Part shown: piece after piece, positions 60,027-64,000 of the stretch
Layout of the letters: each line of letters begins with the position of its first letter
Numbering within the stretch: the first letter of the stretch is position 1
Assembly: GCA_947625535.1 (NCBI GenBank)
Contig: CANQOR010000001.1
Location: forward strand, 2,661 to 66,660
DNA length: 64,000 nucleotides
From: an uncultured Bacilli bacterium
GTDB lineage: Bacteria > Bacillota_I > Bacilli_A > RF39 > UBA660
Direction: 5' to 3'
Translations under genes and position numbers: made by a program
Notes under the pieces: generated by a model
What the model saw: only the letters and a program-made list of their open reading frames with translations
Database searches by the model: none
Told to the model about the DNA's origin: nothing

Positions 60027-61242
60027 ATTTTTGCTCCTTGTAATTATTATAATCGTATTGTTTAACTAGCTCCCCTTTAGTTATTTTAAATCTTTTTTGG
60101 AAATATTTTTCATCACTAAATAGTAAGTAATAATCATCTTTAGTTGGAGTTAAATTTTGACTTTTTAAAAATTCATATCGAGCATATGTAACAGCAACAC
60201 TTTGCATTAGTTGTTTAGGATCATTAATAATAACATCTTTTAAACCAATATTTATTAAGTAAGTAATTTTATCAGAGATGTTTTCTTTACTAAATCCAAA
60301 GATACCGGGAAAGATAGTTAAGATATTTATTACTTCATCATGTGATATATCAAAATCTTTTAATTCATTTATTCTTTTTTGTAAACGAGTCTTTTTATAA
60401 GTATACAGGGCGGGATGTAGAATAGTCATTTTATAAAGTTCAGTTTGTTTAAAACCTAAATTAACTAATTCAGTTAGTTTATCTTTTAAAGTATTAATAC
60501 TATAACCAAAGATAGCTGGACTTTTATATAATAGTTTTAATGTTTGTTTTTTAGTATAACCTAAATTAATTATATCTTTTATTTTATTATCTAAAGATTC
60601 TTTAGTATGTCCTAGGACAGAGGGATTTAATTTAGCTATTTTATGAGCTTGGTCTTTAGTATAACCAATAGATTCTAAATTGGTTAAAGATGTTTGCATT
60701 TTATCATAACTATAACTGAATATTTTAGAAATGGTTCTTGTCATACGCATCATATCATCTTTAGAATAACCTAGTTTCATAATATCTTTTTGACGAGATT
60801 TAAGCATTTCAGGAGAATAATTAAAGATATTAGCATTACCTAGTAACATTTTTAAAGCATCTTTTCGAGAATAGTTTAATTCTACTAAGGTATCTACTTT
60901 ATTAATTAATGATTGTTTAGCTAGACATAATGTTTCAGAATAAGATGTTATGATAGTTAGACAATTTTCTAAAGTATAACCTAATTCTTGTAGGGTTTTT
61001 ATTTTATCTTGTAAATTCATAACAGTTAAGCCATAGATATTAGGTGAAAAAACAATCATTTTAATTATAGTAGGTCTTTCGATACCTAAACTTTCTAAGT
61101 AGGCATTATTTTCTTTAGCATGTTTTAAGATAGTTTCTTGTAAACTATTTTGATTAACTAAGGTTTCTACTACTTTAGTTATTTCTTCTTTGGTAAAACC
61201 AAATGAAGTTAAATATGTATATAAATCTTCATTAATTGTCAT
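60010..61242 (-). CDS. mTERF-like 35-aa tandem repeat protein
   Basis: Eight consecutive 35-aa units with consensus xxLGYxxxxxxK(M/I)xxxxPxIxxYSxxxLxxKxxxL. Confidence 0.75.
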   Translation of the reverse strand: MTINEDLYTYLTSFGFTKEEITKVVETLVNQNSLQETILKHAKENNAYLESLGIERPTIIKMIVFSPNIYGLTVMNLQDKIKTLQELGYTLENCLTIITSYSETLCLAKQSLINKVDTLVELNYSRKDALKMLLGNANIFNYSPEMLKSRQKDIMKLGYSKDDMMRMTRTISKIFSYSYDKMQTSLTNLESIGYTKDQAHKIAKLNPSVLGHTKESLDNKIKDIINLGYTKKQTLKLLYKSPAIFGYSINTLKDKLTELVNLGFKQTELYKMTILHPALYTYKKTRLQKRINELKDFDISHDEVINILTIFPGIFGFSKENISDKITYLINIGLKDVIINDPKQLMQSVAVTYARYEFLKSQNLTPTKDDYYLLFSDEKYFQKRFKITKGELVKQYDYNNYKEQKYGKTN

Positions 61243-61316
61243 AATATCACCTATTTATAAAAAATATCTCTTATTGCTAAGAGATATTATATCATAGAAA
61301 AGAAGTTTATTAAAAT

Positions 61317-61955
61317 TTATTGTTTAATGAAATGGGAACGATCTGCTCCACATAATGGACAGATGAAATCATCTGATAGTTCTTCATCAGTTTCAAGAAC
61401 ATAACCACATAAATCACAAACATATTTATATTTACCGGTTGTTTTAGGTTCTTCTACTTCTTCATAAGTTGGAGCTTTTTTAGGAGCTTTACCTTTTATT
61501 ACTTCGTGATAGTAACGATATGTCATTTCTTTTTCATCATTATATTTTTTAGTATCTACTACTTTAGCAATTATTACATCATGAGTATTAGCATCAATGA
61601 TATTTACTACTTCACAAACTAGGTAACCACATACACCTTCATTTATTACTTTAATATTACCGACAATATCATATTTAAAATCTTTAAATTTATCGGTATC
61701 TTTAGATGAAGTAAAACCAAAAGTAGAAATAATATTAGGATTTATTTTTTCATTTATGATAGCAACAATAAATTTATGAGATTCCTTAATTATTTCATTA
61801 GTATAATTTTCTTTATTTAAACTTATTGATACTAATGGATTTTCACTAGTTATTTGAGTTAAAGTATTAATAACACATCCAGCATCTTTAGAATCACTAT
61901 TACTACTTACAAGATATACTCCATAACTAATATTTCTTAATATTTTTGTATCCAT
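61317..61955 (-). CDS. Flavin reductase-rubredoxin fusion (Hrb-like)
   Basis: ISYGVY, GCVINT, FGF.SS.D.DKF, THD, YYH..IKGKAPK.APTY, CDLCG...CPLCG. Confidence 0.9.
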   Translation of the reverse strand: MDTKILRNISYGVYLVSSNSDSKDAGCVINTLTQITSENPLVSISLNKENYTNEIIKESHKFIVAIINEKINPNIISTFGFTSSKDTDKFKDFKYDIVGNIKVINEGVCGYLVCEVVNIIDANTHDVIIAKVVDTKKYNDEKEMTYRYYHEVIKGKAPKKAPTYEEVEEPKTTGKYKYVCDLCGYVLETDEELSDDFICPLCGADRSHFIKQ

Positions 61956-61996
61956 AATTAACCTCCATATATAATATATTATATCATAAAAAAGAG

Positions 61997-62728
61997 TTAC
62001 TCTGTAACTCCTTCGTTTAATTTATTAGTTATTTTATTGTATTCAGTATAGTACTCTGTCTTATTAAAAGTAATTGTATTATTTTTAATTGTCCAAGTAC
62101 TTTTATTAATTATTAAATAATCTATAGCTTCTTCATAAATATCTAATTTATTAATAGCTTTTTCATATTGGGTAGCTAGATTATTTTTTAATACTTCATC
62201 ATTTATTTCACTAGTTAATTCTAAGTAGAAATTAACGTAGTAACGATCTAATTTTTTATCAGCAATATAATTAAGTTTTAAATCTTCATTAGTTAAATAT
62301 TTTAAGAATAAATTATAATAATCATCTATTTGAGCTTTAGTATTAGAAATCATATCTTTAGATTTAGTAAATGTTGGTCCATCACTTTTTATATTAGATA
62401 TATCTAAGTAATTATATTCATTTTCAGAATCTAATAGAAAAGCAATATTTTTTAAATTATTATATAAATCTGTATAATAAGTTTTAATAGCATCTTCAAC
62501 AGCTTTATAATGACCACTATTTATTTTACGAGTTTCTAAAATACTATTAATATCAAAGGATTCATCATAATTTATAATAGCATTATTAATACTTCTGATA
62601 TCTTCTTTTATAATAGATTCTTTATGAAAATCTAGACCTATTTTAATTCCTATGACAACTATTAGGACAAGAGCAATAATTGATAAAAGTATAATTATTT
62701 TTTTCTTATTCATAGTAATTCTCCTCAA
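61997..62728 (-). CDS. Hypothetical membrane-anchored protein
   Basis: N-terminal TM; GHY.AVE.AIK.Y segment. Confidence 0.65.
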   Translation of the reverse strand: MRRITMNKKKIIILLSIIALVLIVVIGIKIGLDFHKESIIKEDIRSINNAIINYDESFDINSILETRKINSGHYKAVEDAIKTYYTDLYNNLKNIAFLLDSENEYNYLDISNIKSDGPTFTKSKDMISNTKAQIDDYYNLFLKYLTNEDLKLNYIADKKLDRYYVNFYLELTSEINDEVLKNNLATQYEKAINKLDIYEEAIDYLIINKSTWTIKNNTITFNKTEYYTEYNKITNKLNEGVTE

Positions 62729-62825
62729 TGCATAATAAGTATATCGATATTAAAAATTAAAATCAATTAGATTACTTTTTTATTAATAATAATTGACAAA
62801 TTTTGACATAAATAACTGATATATT

Positions 62826-63506
62826 TTATTCTTCTTTCGCAACAATTATGAGATATTTTTCTTGATAATTTTGATATTTTTTTAAAAAAGAACAAGTTTG
62901 TAAGATAAGTATTTTATCATCTTTATTTAAATTAATATCTAATTTATATAAAGATTTATCTTGTAAGTATTTTAAATGTTCTAACCAGTGTTCTTCATCA
63001 ATAGATAGATTCATATAAGTAAAATCAGTTGGTTCTATAAAGACAGAAAAGATAGTAAATGTTCTTTCTTTTTTAGAAGTTATTAATTTAATAGTACGAT
63101 TTTTTTTAGTAAATGATTCATTATAATATTTTTCTAGTTCATGAAATGGAGGATTATAAAAGGTAGCATTATGACCATATAAGATGATTTTTTTATCTTT
63201 ATTAATATCTAGACGATAATCGATAAAAATGGAACCAGCTAGTTCTTTTTCATTATAAATATTATGAGATAAGTAATAGGTATTATCTTTACCTTGAGCT
63301 ATGGGTTCATTTATATCAGTATTAGGAATTGATATAATACCTACTAAATTAGTATTAGGATATAAATAATTTATATCGGAGATTATTTTAGGCGTTGGTA
63401 TTTCTTCGATATCATAGATAGTAATAGTTTCTTTTTGTTTTATTTGGGATGAATAATTAATTAAACAAAGAAAGATTAGAATAAGTAGATAAAGATTTTT
63501 TTTCAT
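62826..63506 (-). CDS. Class B sortase
   Basis: IPNTDINEPIAQGKDNTYYL, GSIFIDYR, ILYGHN, ILQTC. Confidence 0.85.
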   Translation of the reverse strand: MKKNLYLLILIFLCLINYSSQIKQKETITIYDIEEIPTPKIISDINYLYPNTNLVGIISIPNTDINEPIAQGKDNTYYLSHNIYNEKELAGSIFIDYRLDINKDKKIILYGHNATFYNPPFHELEKYYNESFTKKNRTIKLITSKKERTFTIFSVFIEPTDFTYMNLSIDEEHWLEHLKYLQDKSLYKLDINLNKDDKILILQTCSFLKKYQNYQEKYLIIVAKEE

Positions 63507-63570
63507 AATAATGCACCATTTAATATGCTACTAAAATTATGAGGGAAGTCAATAAATATTTTGATAGGAA

Positions 63571-63608
63571 AAAAGAAGTGTTATTATGAGTTTTAACACT
63601 TCTTTTTT
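63571..63608. terminator. Bidirectional intrinsic terminator
   Basis: AAAAGAAGTGTTA...TAACACTTCTTTT. Confidence 0.7.
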
Positions 63609-63615
63609 ATTGATT

Positions 63616-64000
63616 TTATATTATAGCAGTATAGTTTATTCTAAATGATAATTTTAAATTTAAAGCTTCGTATACTTTATTAGTTTGGATAGGATAATAA
63701 ACTTTAACTTTAATTGTTTTCTTTTCTTTAGATGCTAAAATATCATCTTTAGCTATCTGGCGATCATCTAAGTATGTTAAAGAATATTTAAGGATGTTTT
63801 TATCATTTTCAATATTAAAGAATAAATCACTTATCTTAGCATCTAAAGTACCATTATTTGTAACATCAATAGTAAATTCATAGAATTCATTTTCGTTATC
63901 TAGTTCGACATCTAACGATACTTCATTATCATTAATAGTTAGGTTCCCTTCTTTACTACCTTCACTTACTTGTAAGTTTTCAAAATCAATATTCCACATA
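63616..64000 (-). CDS. Beta-rich, probably secreted protein, 3' part (may start outside window)
   Basis: WNIDFENL..., YEFTIDVTNNGTLDAKI Ig-like pattern. Confidence 0.55.
   Translation of the reverse strand, partial: MWNIDFENLQVSEGSKEGNLTINDNEVSLDVELDNENEFYEFTIDVTNNGTLDAKISDLFFNIENDKNILKYSLTYLDDRQIAKDDILASKEKKTIKVKVYYPIQTNKVYEALNLKLSFRINYTAII

Noticed and set aside
1-64000. CRISPR array, IS element, prophage, or genetic code 4
   Set aside because: No regularly spaced repeats, transposase or phage structural genes seen; the GH25 enzyme has a signal peptide and no holin; TGA acts as a stop

Overview
A 64-kb chromosomal segment of a very AT-rich, low-GC Firmicute (Bacillota). It uses genetic code 11 (TGA stops, TGG Trp). 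The gene style suggests an uncultured gut Bacilli lineage such as RF39, but that is inference. Most genes are on the minus strand. Housekeeping genes: miaA (partial), mutL, yqeH/yqeG, divIVA/sepF, glyQS, recO-era-dgkA-ybeY, rpsU, rpsB-tsf-frr, lspA, uppP, galE, prs-like. The window also holds a teichoic-acid-type glycopolymer cluster, scattered sporulation genes (sigK, sigG, ylmC, yqfC/D, spoIIIAH, gerE, gerM) and one tRNA-Arg(UCU). I saw no integrase, transposase or CRISPR array. Best observations: (1) a pair of bacterial mTERF-like proteins, one with eight 35-aa repeats; (2) a miniature glycine T-box with an ultrashort Stem I and a terminator that encloses, rather than competes with, the antiterminator helix; (3) two double-glycine peptides missed by the ORF track, behind a C39 peptidase ABC exporter; (4) two poly-G tracts suggesting phase variation, one in a promoter spacer and one inside an O-acyltransferase gene; (5) a candidate sRNA convergent with a ClpX-like paralog; (6) yqfD lacking a canonical start codon; (7) a probable bile-acid 3-alpha-HSDH divergent from a TspO gene. 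All family assignments come from recognising motifs by eye, not from database searches.
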